From Herbiconiux sp. (lineage in GTDB: Bacteria > Actinomycetota > Actinomycetes > Actinomycetales > Microbacteriaceae): a stretch of 64,000 nt of DNA. Each line of letters starts with the position of its first letter. The stretch's first letter is position 1. The stretch is taken from positions 25,013 through 89,012 of the forward strand of contig NZ_JAHFUY010000019.1 of assembly GCF_023264895.1 (NCBI RefSeq), given 5' to 3'. Position numbers and translations under genes: made by a program. Of this stretch, positions 25,031 through 34,463 are shown piece by piece. The notes under the pieces were generated by a model. It saw nothing but the letters and a program-made list of their open reading frames with translations. It was not told where the DNA came from and searched no databases.

Positions 25031-26409
25031 GCTTCGCCGCGCCCCCAGGTGGTGTTGAGGTGCGACTGCGAGTCGCGCTCGAGGTTGAGCGGGCCGTCGA
25101 TCGTGTAGTAGCGCTTGCCCGCCACGAGCAGCTCCTCGGCCGGGAACTTCGTGATGACCTCGCAGCCGTCGGCCGTGACCACGACCTCCTCCTCGATGCG
25201 CGCGGCGCCCCAGCCGTCGGCCGAGGGCCAGTAGGTCTCGAGGGCGAAGACGTTGCCCTCCTGCAGCACCTCCGGGTGGTCGAGCGAGGTGAGGCGCGAG
25301 AAGATCGGCTTCTCCCAGATCGACAGGCCCACGCCGTGGCCGTACTGCAGGGCGAACGCGGCCTCCTCGTCGGCGAAGCCGAACTCCTCGGCCTTCGGCC
25401 ACACCTTCACGATGTCGGCGGTGGTGGCACCGGGCTTCACGAGGGCGATCGCGCGGTCCATGTACTCGCGGGCGCGGGTGTAGGCGTCGCGCTGGGCCGA
25501 CGACGCCGAGCCGACCGCGAAGGTGCGGTAGTAGCAGGTGCGGTAGCCGTTGAACGAGTGCAGGATGTCGAAGAACGCCGGGTCGCCCGGGCGGATCAGG
25601 CGGTCCGAGAACACGTGCGGGTGCGGCGAGCAGCGCTCACCGGAGATCGCGTTCACGCCCTCGACGTACTCCGAGCCGAGGTCGTAGAGGGTCTTCGCCA
25701 CGAGGCCCACGGCCTCGTTCTCGCGGACGCCGGGGCGGAGGAAGCGGTAGAGGTCCTCGTAGGCCGCGTCGACCATCGAGGCGGCCTGGGTGAGCAGGCG
25801 GATCTCATCCGGCGTCTTCACGCGGCGGGCCTCCATGAAGACCTGCTGGCCGTCGACGACCTGGATGCCCTCCTGCTGCAGGGCGAAGAGGATGGGCAGC
25901 TCGATCACGTCGACACCGAGCGGCTGGTTCGCGAGCCCGAACTTCTCGAGCTCGCGCTTGATCTTCTTGGCCACCTTCTGCGCGATCTCCGCCTCGGGCG
26001 GGAACGCGCCGCGGAGGGTGGAGATGCCGGCGCGGGCGCCGGACTCGAGCCGCGGCCGCTTGGCGCCCTCGTGCGGGGCGTTGGGGTCGGCATCCATCTC
26101 GGCCGTCGTGGTGTCGAGCCACGGGTTGTAGAGGGCGTGGTGCTTCGCCGCCGAGCCGAAGTCCCAGACGATCGGATCGGTGTTGCGCGTGAGCAGCGAG
26201 AAGCGGATGAGCTTGTCCATCGCCCAGGTGCCGATGTGGGTGGCGCTCATGTAGCGGATGTTGGAGAAGTCGAACGCGAGCACCGCACCGAGCGAGGAGA
26301 TGTCGAGCTCCGCCTTCAGTCGGGCGAGGCGGGCGTCGCGCAGCCGATCCATGTCGACGCGCTCCTCCCAGTCCACGGCGTTGGTTCCGGTGGTGCCGGT
26401 GCTCTTCAT
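25027..26409 (-). CDS. M24 family metallohydrolase (creatinase/prolidase-like, with creatinase-type N-terminal domain)
   Basis: Strong AGGAGG ribosome-binding site before the ATG at 26409. Shows pita-bread fold motifs (…GVNAISGERC…, HGVGLSIWE, …FALETYW…EEEVVVT). The specific substrate cannot be told by eye. Confidence 0.8.
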   Translation of the reverse strand: MKSTGTTGTNAVDWEERVDMDRLRDARLARLKAELDISSLGAVLAFDFSNIRYMSATHIGTWAMDKLIRFSLLTRNTDPIVWDFGSAAKHHALYNPWLDTTTAEMDADPNAPHEGAKRPRLESGARAGISTLRGAFPPEAEIAQKVAKKIKRELEKFGLANQPLGVDVIELPILFALQQEGIQVVDGQQVFMEARRVKTPDEIRLLTQAASMVDAAYEDLYRFLRPGVRENEAVGLVAKTLYDLGSEYVEGVNAISGERCSPHPHVFSDRLIRPGDPAFFDILHSFNGYRTCYYRTFAVGSASSAQRDAYTRAREYMDRAIALVKPGATTADIVKVWPKAEEFGFADEEAAFALQYGHGVGLSIWEKPIFSRLTSLDHPEVLQEGNVFALETYWPSADGWGAARIEEEVVVTADGCEVITKFPAEELLVAGKRYYTIDGPLNLERDSQSHLNTTWGRGEA

Positions 26410-26542
26410 CGAGTCCTCCTTGGGGTCGCGCCGACGATCTGGTCGCGCTGACGATCTGACTGGCTTGGCGGCGCCGCACTTTACACGCGTACAGCCCGAC
26501 TTAACACTACAACACCGATCTCGCGTACGCTCGGGCTCTACT

Positions 26543-27259
26543 ATGGAGACCATGCCGGACGGATTGGGCGCACGACTGCGCGAAGCACGACTGAAGCAGG
26601 GAATGAGCCTGCGCAGCGTCGCGCAGAGCCTCGGTGTCTCGGCTTCCCTCATCTCTCAGGTCGAGATCGGCAAGACGCAGCCCTCGGTCTCGACCCTCTA
26701 CGCCATGGCGAACCACCTCGGGGTCTCGCTCGACGAGCTCGTGGGCATGCAGCCCGCGCCGGTGGCTCCCGACGAGGCGCCCGTGTCGATGTTCGGTCAC
26801 ACCGGCCCCGCCCTGCCCGACGTGCAGCGCGGCGCCGAGAACCCCGTGATCGAGATGGAGAACGGCGTGCGCTGGGAGCGGCTCGCGGCCGGCGCGGGCG
26901 GCCCCGTCGATGCGCTGCTCGTGACCTACGAGCCCGGAGCGTCGAGCTCGGTCGAGGGCAAGCTGATGCGGCACGCCGGCACCGAGTACGCCTACCTGCT
27001 CGAGGGCGAGCTCACCCTGCACATCGACTTCGACACCCACGTGCTCGGCCCGGGCGACTCGCTGCAGTTCGACTCCGTGCGCCCGCACCTCTACTCCAAC
27101 CGCGGCTCGGTGCCGGCGAAGGGCGTGTGGTTCGTCTTCGGCCGCCGGCAGCAGAACCTCGCCATGCGCGATGCTCCGCAGGGGGAGTCCGGCGCTCCCG
27201 AGGGCGCGCCCGGATCGGCGGTCGACGTGCTGCGGCAGATGGACGGGCTCGGCGCCTAG
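26543..27259 (+). CDS. XRE-family HTH regulator with C-terminal cupin domain
   Basis: Shows LGARLREARLKQGMSLRSVAQSLGVSASLISQVEIGKTQPSVSTLYAMANHLG followed by a cupin barrel. Divergent from the M24 gene. Confidence 0.85.
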   Translation: METMPDGLGARLREARLKQGMSLRSVAQSLGVSASLISQVEIGKTQPSVSTLYAMANHLGVSLDELVGMQPAPVAPDEAPVSMFGHTGPALPDVQRGAENPVIEMENGVRWERLAAGAGGPVDALLVTYEPGASSSVEGKLMRHAGTEYAYLLEGELTLHIDFDTHVLGPGDSLQFDSVRPHLYSNRGSVPAKGVWFVFGRRQQNLAMRDAPQGESGAPEGAPGSAVDVLRQMDGLGA

Positions 27260-27312
27260 CCCCCTCGAGGTGCCTGGCGCCGAGCCCGTCGTCGTCGTGT
27301 TGGCCGTTCGTG

Positions 27313-28368
27313 TCAGCTGCGGGTGTGCACCGCGGGCCGCGGCTCGGCGATCCACGGGTCGACGAGCGTCTTGATCTGCGTGGAGCGGCCCTCGAGCAGC
27401 GGCTGCAGCGCATCCTCGCCCACGGTGTCGAGCGGGATGACCTCGCTCGCGATGTCGGACCAGTCCGGCCGGGTGCCGAGCAGTCGCACGGCCTCGGGGA
27501 AGTCGGTCCGGTAGACGTGCGCGACGGTGCCGATGATCGTGTACTCGCTGAGCGTCCAGCGCCCGAGCGGCAGGGCGGGCTCGCCGCGCTGCACGCCCAC
27601 GGGCACGATCGTGGCGCCGGGCTTGGCCGCATCGAGCACGGAGGCGAGGCCCGGGGCCGAGCCGCTGACCTCGAAGAACACGTCGATGTCCATGCCGAGC
27701 TCCTCGATCCGCTCGGCGAGGCTCGCGGTGCCGCCCTTCAGTGTCTCGGTCGCGCCGAGGCGCTTCGCGAGCTCGAGCCGGTCGTCGTTGAGGTCGACCA
27801 CGAGCACCCGTGCGCCCGTGGCCGCGGCGGCGACCGTGATGAACGCGCCGATGCCGCCCACGCCGATCACCACGGCGTCCATGCCGGCGGCCAGGCCGCT
27901 CCGGCGCACGGCGTGCACCGCGATGGCCATCGGCTGGGTGAGCCCGAGGGTGTCGAGGGGGAGGCCAGAGTCGGAGGCGTCGAAGGTGATGGCGGCCGGC
28001 GAGATCACGTAGCCGGCGAGACCGCCGTCGTGGTGGAAGCCGATCGTGCTGTAGCTGCGGCACAGGTTGGTGCGGCCCTGGCGGCAGGGCTTGCAGTCGC
28101 CGCACGAGATGCCGGCGCCGCTCACCACGGTCGCCCCCACCTCGAGGTCGGTCACGCCGGGGCCGACGGCCGCGACGGTGCCGGCGAGCTCGTGGCCGAG
28201 GGCCACGGGAGGGGAGGCGAGCACGAGGCTGCGACCGAACTCGGTCGCGTCGCTGCCGCAGACGCCGCAGACGCCCACGCGGATGAGCACCTCGCCGGGG
28301 CCGGGCTCGGGCACGGCCAGCTCGTCGACCCGCAGGTCGCCGACGTCGTGCAGCACGACAGCGCGCAT
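27313..28368 (-). CDS. zinc-binding alcohol dehydrogenase family protein
   Basis: Shows GVCGSD...GHELAG...CGDCKPCRQGRTNLC and a GVGGIG Rossmann motif. GGAGG ribosome-binding site before the ATG at 28368. Confidence 0.9.
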   Translation of the reverse strand: MRAVVLHDVGDLRVDELAVPEPGPGEVLIRVGVCGVCGSDATEFGRSLVLASPPVALGHELAGTVAAVGPGVTDLEVGATVVSGAGISCGDCKPCRQGRTNLCRSYSTIGFHHDGGLAGYVISPAAITFDASDSGLPLDTLGLTQPMAIAVHAVRRSGLAAGMDAVVIGVGGIGAFITVAAAATGARVLVVDLNDDRLELAKRLGATETLKGGTASLAERIEELGMDIDVFFEVSGSAPGLASVLDAAKPGATIVPVGVQRGEPALPLGRWTLSEYTIIGTVAHVYRTDFPEAVRLLGTRPDWSDIASEVIPLDTVGEDALQPLLEGRSTQIKTLVDPWIAEPRPAVHTRS

Positions 28369-28403
28369 GGTCGCCTCCGGCACGAGGGAGTCCGGGACGG
28401 TCG

Positions 28404-28715
28404 TCACGCGAACGATCCGGACTCGATCGGCAGCTGCACCGCGGAGCGCTCCGCGATCATGCGGCCGAGGTGCTTCTCGTAGACCGCGACGTGGTCGGGG
28501 TGGTCGAGGTAGGCGTCGAGGCCCGCGGCGTCGTCGAGGATCGCGACGACCCCGTAGTCGGAGCCGGCCGGGCGGAGGTGCAGGTTGGGGCCCGCGGTGT
28601 ACGACTTGATCTCGGGGATGCCCGTGGCCATCTCGGAGAGGGCTGCCGTGAGCGCGCTCACGTCGGCTTCCGTGACGTCGTCTTTCCAGCGGAATGCGGC
28701 GAGGTGGAGGATCAT
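28404..28715 (-). CDS. Dabb (stress-responsive alpha/beta barrel) domain protein
   Basis: 103 aa. Begins MILHLAAFRWKDDVT... and contains ...HPDHVAV..., typical of the Dabb family. Confidence 0.8.
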   Translation of the reverse strand: MILHLAAFRWKDDVTEADVSALTAALSEMATGIPEIKSYTAGPNLHLRPAGSDYGVVAILDDAAGLDAYLDHPDHVAVYEKHLGRMIAERSAVQLPIESGSFA

Positions 28716-28749
28716 CGGTCTCTGCTCTCTTCGTCGAGGATGTCAAGCG

Positions 28750-28763
28750 ACAATGTACATTGT
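28750..28763. promoter_or_regulatory. perfect 14-bp palindrome ACAATGTACATTGT (operator-like), with a related TTGTACATCG at 28804-28813
   Basis: Read directly in the AT-richer divergent region between the Dabb/ADH operon and the ketopantoate-reductase-like gene. Confidence 0.4.
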
Positions 28764-28859
28764 GGGGCTCTGGCCTTCAATTTATCAGGGGATTGTGTGA
28801 CGGTTGTACATCGTTGCTGTATTCTCGACAGCGTTGCCGATGAGGGCTGGAGGACACCG

Positions 28860-29888
28860 ATGAGCGGACCGCGGATCGCCGTGCTGGGAGCCGGAGCGAA
28901 CGGAGCCTCGATCGGAGCCGATCTCACGGCGGCCGGCCTCGACCCGGTGCTGATCGAGCAGTGGCCCTCTCACGTCGAGCGGATGCGTGCCGACGGCATC
29001 CGCATCATCACCCCCGACAGCGAGCTGCACGTGCGGCCCCGGGTGCTGCACCTCTGCGAGGTCGCCGAGCTCAAGCAGCCCTTCGACGTCGTGCTCATGC
29101 TCATGAAGGCCTACGACTCGCGGTGGGCCGCCGAGCTGATCCGGCCGTACCTGGCCGCCGACGGCCTCATGGCCGGCGTGCAGAACGGCATGACCGCGGG
29201 TGTCGTGGAGGACGTGGTGGGCGCCTCCCGCACCATCGGCACCGTGATCGAGTGCTCCGCCACCATGGACGAGCCGGGCGTCGTGCACCGGCACACGGGC
29301 GTCGACCGCTCGTGGTTCGCGGTGGGGGAGCTCCCGGGCGGGCCGGCCGGCCGCGCCGAGGAGGTGGCGGCCCTGCTGCGGCACTCCGGCACGGTGCAGC
29401 ACTTCGACGACATCGAGGCGGCGAAGTGGATGAAGCTCGTCTCCAACAGCACGCTGCTCGTCACGAGCGCGATCCTCGGCTTGCCGATGCTCGACGCCCT
29501 GCACACGCCCGGGTACCGCGAGGTGATGGTGACCGCCGGAAACGAGGCGCTCGCCGTGGGGGCCGCCGCGGGGCATCCGGTGCTGCCCATCTTCGGGCTC
29601 ACCCCCGACGAGATCGCCGACCCCGACCAGGTGGTCGAGATCATGACCGACAAGCTCTTCACCGGATTCGTGGTGCCGGGCGCCACCACCACCGTGCTGC
29701 AGGACTGGGTGAAGGGGCGGCACAGCGAGGTCGACGACCTCAACGGGCACGTCGTCGCGCGCGGCGCCGAGCTCGGGGTGCCGACGCCCGTGAACGCGGC
29801 CGTCGTGGAGCTCGCCCACGCCATCGAGCGCGGGGAGCTCGAGCCCTCGCCGGCGCACCTCGACGCGATGTCGCGGGCGCGCGGGTGA
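28860..29888 (+). CDS. 2-dehydropantoate 2-reductase (ketopantoate reductase, ApbA/PanE) family protein
   Basis: GGAGG ribosome-binding site. Shows the IAVLGAGANGASIGADL Rossmann motif and the KWMKLVSN motif of the family. Confidence 0.8.
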   Translation: MSGPRIAVLGAGANGASIGADLTAAGLDPVLIEQWPSHVERMRADGIRIITPDSELHVRPRVLHLCEVAELKQPFDVVLMLMKAYDSRWAAELIRPYLAADGLMAGVQNGMTAGVVEDVVGASRTIGTVIECSATMDEPGVVHRHTGVDRSWFAVGELPGGPAGRAEEVAALLRHSGTVQHFDDIEAAKWMKLVSNSTLLVTSAILGLPMLDALHTPGYREVMVTAGNEALAVGAAAGHPVLPIFGLTPDEIADPDQVVEIMTDKLFTGFVVPGATTTVLQDWVKGRHSEVDDLNGHVVARGAELGVPTPVNAAVVELAHAIERGELEPSPAHLDAMSRARG

Positions 29889-30994
29889 CGACGGGCCCGG
29901 ACTCGCAGGCTGCCGCACCGGCGTCGGAGCCGGCGTCGGAGCCGGCGTCGAAGCCGGGCCCGGCGAAGCGGTCGCGGCCCGTCGTCGCGACGATCGCCGC
30001 CCTGGTGGCCGGGTGCGCCGTGGCCGCCCAGACCTCCATCAACGGGCACACGAGCGTGGCGGTCGGATCTCCCGTGCTCGCGACCGCGGTCAACCACGGG
30101 TCGGCGCTGCTGCTCTCGCTCATTGTGGCGCTCGCCATGGGGGCGCTGCCCCGGGCGGCCCGCGCCCTCCGGCAGCGGCGCTCGGAGCTCCGCTGGTGGT
30201 GGTTCCTCGGCGGCCTGATGGGCTTCGTGGCCGTGCTCGCCATCATCACGGTCACGCCCACCGTGGGAGTGGTCGCGGTGGCGGTGGCCGTCACCCTCGG
30301 GCAGCTCATCGGCTCGGTGATGGCCGACTCGCTGAACCTCGGGCCCGGAGGCCGGCGACCGCTCAACCTGCTCCGCACGGTGGGGCTCGGCGTGGCGGTG
30401 ATCGCCGTCGTCGTGGGAGCGGTCGGCCGTTTCGAGGTCGAGAACCTCGTCGTCATCCCGGTCGTCATCGTCGCCGGCATCATCATCGCCGTGCAGCAGG
30501 CCTGGAACGGCTGGATCGTCGTGGTCTCGGGCGAGTTCGCCGCCATGTCGGTCATCAACTTCGCCACCTCGGCGATCTTCGTGGGCACGGCGCTCGTGAT
30601 CTCGATGCTCAACGCGCCCATCGACTTCGCCGCGCTGCCGCCCTGGGCGCCCCTCGGCGGCGCCGTGGGGGCCGTGATCGGAGTGGTCACGGCGCTCACC
30701 CTGCGCATCATCGGCGTGCTGAGCGTGATGCTCTGCATCGCCGCCGGGCAGGCGATCGCGGCGGTCGTGCTCGACCTCGTGGTGCCCGTCGACGCGATCG
30801 GGTTGACGCCGGGCGCCGTGCTCGGCGCGGTGCTCGCGGTGGCCGCGGTGGGGATCGCGGGACTCGGGGCGCTCACGGGTGCTCGGCGGCGGGCGGCGGA
30901 TGCTCGTGATGCTGCGGGGGCGGGTGCGGGGGCGGATGCCGGTGCGGGCGCTGGTGCCGATGCCGTGCCGCTGCCCGGGAGCCAGACCCCCTAG
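29885..30994 (+). CDS. DMT-superfamily membrane protein (DUF606/YdcZ-like duplication)
   Basis: The GTG overlaps the upstream stop. About 10 hydrophobic segments in two similar halves. Ala/Gly/Asp low-complexity tail. Confidence 0.75.
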   Translation: MTTGPDSQAAAPASEPASEPASKPGPAKRSRPVVATIAALVAGCAVAAQTSINGHTSVAVGSPVLATAVNHGSALLLSLIVALAMGALPRAARALRQRRSELRWWWFLGGLMGFVAVLAIITVTPTVGVVAVAVAVTLGQLIGSVMADSLNLGPGGRRPLNLLRTVGLGVAVIAVVVGAVGRFEVENLVVIPVVIVAGIIIAVQQAWNGWIVVVSGEFAAMSVINFATSAIFVGTALVISMLNAPIDFAALPPWAPLGGAVGAVIGVVTALTLRIIGVLSVMLCIAAGQAIAAVVLDLVVPVDAIGLTPGAVLGAVLAVAAVGIAGLGALTGARRRAADARDAAGAGAGADAGAGAGADAVPLPGSQTP

Positions 30995-31038
30995 ACAACA
31001 CGCAGGCCGGCACCGCCGCCGGGCCAGGAGGAGATGCC

Positions 31039-32145
31039 ATGCCGACCACCGTCGATGCCGCCGTCACCCACATGGGTGCGCTCGAGCTCAGCGTGGAGCC
31101 GCTCGTGCTCCGCGATCCGGGCGAGCGCGACGTCGTGGTCGAGATCGACGCCACGGCGTTCTGCTACAGCGACTGGATCGCGGTCGCCGGCGGCACGGGA
31201 CTGCCCGAGCTCGACCTCTACCCGGTGGTGCTCGGTCACTCCGCGGTGGGCCGCGTGGTCTCCGCGGGCTCGTCGGCACGGCACCGCGAGGGCCAGCGCG
31301 TGCTCATCACAGCCACGCCCGAGTGCGGTGAGTGCTTCTGGTGCAGGAGCGGGCGAATCGACCAGTGCGAGGGCCTCTTCGTGCCCGCGCCCGTGATCGG
31401 GGCGCTCGAGGACGGCCGCGAGGTGCGCGCCCCCGGCTCCTCGGCGACCTACGCCGAGCTCAGCGTCATCCGCGACATCCAGGTGTTCCCGGTCGAGAGC
31501 GATCTTCCCGACACCTGGCTCGCGATGTTCGGCTGCGGCATCATCTCGGGCATGGGCGCCGTGGCGAACGTGGGGCGGATCGAGCGGGGGAGCTCGGTCG
31601 TGGTGGTCGGCTGCGGGCAGGAGGGGCTGTGGATGGTGCAGGCCGCGCGGGCCCTCGGAGCCAGGCGGATCGTCGCGGTCGAACCGATCGCCGCTCGGCG
31701 CGAGCTCGCTCTGCGGCTCGGGGCGACCGACGCCGTCGATCCTTCAGGGCTCGGTGAGGCCGAGCTGCGGGATGCGGTGGTCGGGCTCCTCGACGGCCGC
31801 GGCGCCGACTACGGCTTCGATGCCGGCGGCTCGATCGCCTCCGTGCAGCAGGCGTTCGCGTTCACCCGGCTCGGTGGGGTCGTGACGATGACCAGCTACG
31901 TGCGGCGCGACAGCACCGTCGACCTGCCGCTGTTCGACCTCGCGCTGCGCGGCCGCGACGTGCGGAGCTCGCAGAGCGGGCGGCTCGACATGCGCCGCGA
32001 CCTCGCGCAGTTCCTGCCGTGGCTGGAGTCGGGCGCGGTCGACTCGGAGGCCATGCTCGGCGAGGTCCGCCCCCTCGCCCGTGCGAACGAGGCGCTCGCC
32101 GCCTCCCGCGACCGCACCGAGCTCACGCCGATCCTGCTCCCCTGA
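31039..32145 (+). CDS. zinc-binding alcohol dehydrogenase family protein
   Basis: AGGAGGAG ribosome-binding site. Shows CYSD...GHSAVGRVV...ECGECFWCRSGRIDQC and GCGQEG. Confidence 0.85.
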   Translation: MPTTVDAAVTHMGALELSVEPLVLRDPGERDVVVEIDATAFCYSDWIAVAGGTGLPELDLYPVVLGHSAVGRVVSAGSSARHREGQRVLITATPECGECFWCRSGRIDQCEGLFVPAPVIGALEDGREVRAPGSSATYAELSVIRDIQVFPVESDLPDTWLAMFGCGIISGMGAVANVGRIERGSSVVVVGCGQEGLWMVQAARALGARRIVAVEPIAARRELALRLGATDAVDPSGLGEAELRDAVVGLLDGRGADYGFDAGGSIASVQQAFAFTRLGGVVTMTSYVRRDSTVDLPLFDLALRGRDVRSSQSGRLDMRRDLAQFLPWLESGAVDSEAMLGEVRPLARANEALAASRDRTELTPILLP

Positions 32146-32155
32146 GCAGCCTGCT

Positions 32156-32233
32156 CCTGGCCCCTGGCCCCTGGCCCCTGGCCCCTTGCCCCCTGCCCTC
32201 TCTGCTCCCTGCTCCCTGCCCCCTGCCCTCTCT
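32156..32233. repeat. C-rich microsatellite: CCTGGCC x4 perfect (32156-32183) plus degenerate copies, then a ~30-bp direct repeat (TGCCCCCTGCCCTCTCT at 32187 and 32217)
   Basis: Read directly. Intergenic, between convergent genes. Confidence 0.8.
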
Positions 32234-32243
32234 CCACCTCTAT

Positions 32244-32299
32244 CGAGCCGTCACTTCTCACGCCAAAACGCGAGCAGAAGTGTGAGAAGTGACGGCTCG
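32244..32299. terminator. 18-bp perfect inverted repeat (CGAGCCGTCACTTCTCAC / GTGAGAAGTGACGGCTCG, 20-nt loop), candidate bidirectional terminator
   Basis: Read directly. The loop contains a further AGAAGTG copy that allows alternative pairing. Confidence 0.5.
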
Positions 32300-32315
32300 G
32301 CGGAGGGGGGTGGGG

Positions 32316-33692
32316 TCAGGCGCGCCAGACCGACTTGAGGGAGACGAACTCGCGGATACCCTCGATCGAGAGCTCGCGGCCGATGCCCGAGTCCTTCGTG
32401 CCGCCGAAGGGCAGCTCCGGGTAGGAGATCGACATGCCGTTCACGAAGACGGCGCCCGCGGTGAGGCCCGCGATGAGACGCTCCTCCTCCTCGGCGTCGT
32501 TCGTCCAGACGGCCGAGCTGAGCCCGAAGGTGGTGTCGTTGGCGATGGCCAGCGCCTCGTCGGCATCCGTCACCCGGAACACCGTCGCCACGGGCCCGAA
32601 GGCCTCCTCGGCGTAGAGCCGCATGCTCGTGTCGACGCCCGTGACCACGGTCGGCGGGTAGAACCAGCCGGCACCCTCGGGAGCCGCGCCGCCGGTGGTG
32701 ACGGTGGCGCCCTTCGAGCGCGCGTCGTCGACCAGGCCGGCGAGGTCGTCGCGGCCGGATGCCGTGGCGAGCGGACCGACATCCGTCGCGTCGTCGGTGG
32801 GGTCGCCCACCGTGAGCGCCGCCATCGCGCTCGTGAACTTCGCCACGAACGCGTCGTAGACGTCGCCGTGCACGAGGAATCGCTTGGCGTTGATGCAGGC
32901 CTGGCCGTTGTTGGAGGTGCGGGAGCTGACCGCGGTCGCCACCGCGGCATCCAGGTCGGCGCTCGGCATCACGATGAACGGGTCGGAGCCGCCGAGCTCG
33001 AGCACGACGTGCTTGACCTCGGAGCCCGCGATCGAGGCGAGCGAGCGGCCGGCCGGCTCGGATCCGGTGAGGGTCGCGGCAACGACGCGGCGGTCGCGCA
33101 TGACCTTCTCCACCCGAGCGGCCGGGATGAGCAGGGCCCGGAACGAACCGGTGGGGAACCCGCCGCGCTCGAACAGGGTGTCGAGGTAGAGCGCGGCCTG
33201 CGGCACGTTCGAGGCGTGCTTGAGCAGCCCGGTGTTGCCGGCCATGAGCGCGGGGGCGGCGAAGCGGATGACCTGCCAGATGGGGTAGTTCCAGGGCATG
33301 ACCGCGAGCACGGGCCCGATGGGCTCGTAGCGCGTGTAGGCGCCAGAGGCGTTCATGCGCTCGGGCTCCTCGATGGTGCGGCCGGTGAGGAACGACTCGG
33401 CGTTGTCGGCGTAGAAGCGCATGGTCTTGGCCGACTTGAGGGCCTCGGCGCGCGCCTGGGCGAGGGTCTTGCCCATCTCGGTGGTGAGCATCCGCGCCAC
33501 CTCCTCGGCCTCGGCCTCGAGCACGTCGGCGGCCGCGCGCATCCAGCCGGCGCGCTCGGCGAAGCTCGTGCCGCGGAGGGTGCGGAACGCGGCGACGGCC
33601 TCGTCGATGCGGGCGTCGACCTCGGCCTCGGTGTGCGCCTCGAACTCGCGCTCGGTGACGCCGGTGGCGGGGTTGATGGTGGCGATCGCCAT
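32316..33692 (-). CDS. NAD(P)-dependent aldehyde dehydrogenase (succinate-semialdehyde dehydrogenase-like)
   Basis: Begins MAIATINPATG.... Shows ELGGSDPFIV and the catalytic-Cys region NNGQACINAKR. 458 aa. Confidence 0.9.
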   Translation of the reverse strand: MAIATINPATGVTEREFEAHTEAEVDARIDEAVAAFRTLRGTSFAERAGWMRAAADVLEAEAEEVARMLTTEMGKTLAQARAEALKSAKTMRFYADNAESFLTGRTIEEPERMNASGAYTRYEPIGPVLAVMPWNYPIWQVIRFAAPALMAGNTGLLKHASNVPQAALYLDTLFERGGFPTGSFRALLIPAARVEKVMRDRRVVAATLTGSEPAGRSLASIAGSEVKHVVLELGGSDPFIVMPSADLDAAVATAVSSRTSNNGQACINAKRFLVHGDVYDAFVAKFTSAMAALTVGDPTDDATDVGPLATASGRDDLAGLVDDARSKGATVTTGGAAPEGAGWFYPPTVVTGVDTSMRLYAEEAFGPVATVFRVTDADEALAIANDTTFGLSSAVWTNDAEEEERLIAGLTAGAVFVNGMSISYPELPFGGTKDSGIGRELSIEGIREFVSLKSVWRA

Positions 33693-33758
33693 GGGGGTGC
33701 CTTTCGTGGGGGAGCTGCGGGGTTCGTGTGGGTCGGGCGGTTCGGATGCCGGTGCGCG

Positions 33759-34463
33759 TCAGCGCGCGTCGGCGCGGGTCGGCTGGGCGGCGGGGGCGTC
33801 GAAGATCTCGGGGTGCCGCGCGAGCTCGAGGCGGGTGCGGCGGATGTGCGAGGCGAGCACGCGCTCGGCCTCGTCGGCATCGCCTCGGCGGAGGGCGGAG
33901 ACGATGAGGTGGTGCTCGTGGTGGGCGCTCCGGTCGCCGGCCGAGCGGAACACGGTCGTGTAGGCGCGACGGTAGGGCTGGGTGCGGTTCCAGAGCCGCA
34001 GCACGGTGTCGTGCAGCATCGTGGTGGTGGCCTCGGTGTAGCACGAGAGGTGGAACTCGCGGTCGAGGTGGAGGAAGGTCTCCACGTCGTCGGAGCGCTC
34101 CATCTCGTGGGCGAGGGCGTCGAGCCCGTCGACCTGCTCGGGCGTGAGCAGCGGCACGTTGAGGCGCAGCAGCAGCGGCTCGAGGCGCTCGCGGATCTGG
34201 TAGATCTCCTCGCACTCCGCCAGGTTGAGGCTCGTGACCCAGGCCCCCGTGTTGGCCACGACCTTCACGAGCCCCTCGGACTCGAGCAGTCGCAGGGCCT
34301 CGCGAGCGGGCACGCGGCTGGCGCCGTGCCTGCCCGCCACGTCCTCCTGCCGGATGCGCGTGCCGGGCGGGTAGGTGCCCGCGAGGATCGCGTCGCGGAG
34401 CTCGGCGGCCACGCGGGTGCCGGCCGAGCCGTGCATGATGAGGTCGGTGGTCATGACCGTCAT
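33759..34463 (-). CDS. GntR family (FadR/FCD type) transcription regulator
   Basis: Shows a wHTH (QEDVAGRHGASRVPAREALRLLESEGLVKV) plus an FCD domain. The ATG at 34463 overlaps the upstream stop (ATGA). Confidence 0.85.
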   Translation of the reverse strand: MTVMTTDLIMHGSAGTRVAAELRDAILAGTYPPGTRIRQEDVAGRHGASRVPAREALRLLESEGLVKVVANTGAWVTSLNLAECEEIYQIRERLEPLLLRLNVPLLTPEQVDGLDALAHEMERSDDVETFLHLDREFHLSCYTEATTTMLHDTVLRLWNRTQPYRRAYTTVFRSAGDRSAHHEHHLIVSALRRGDADEAERVLASHIRRTRLELARHPEIFDAPAAQPTRADAR

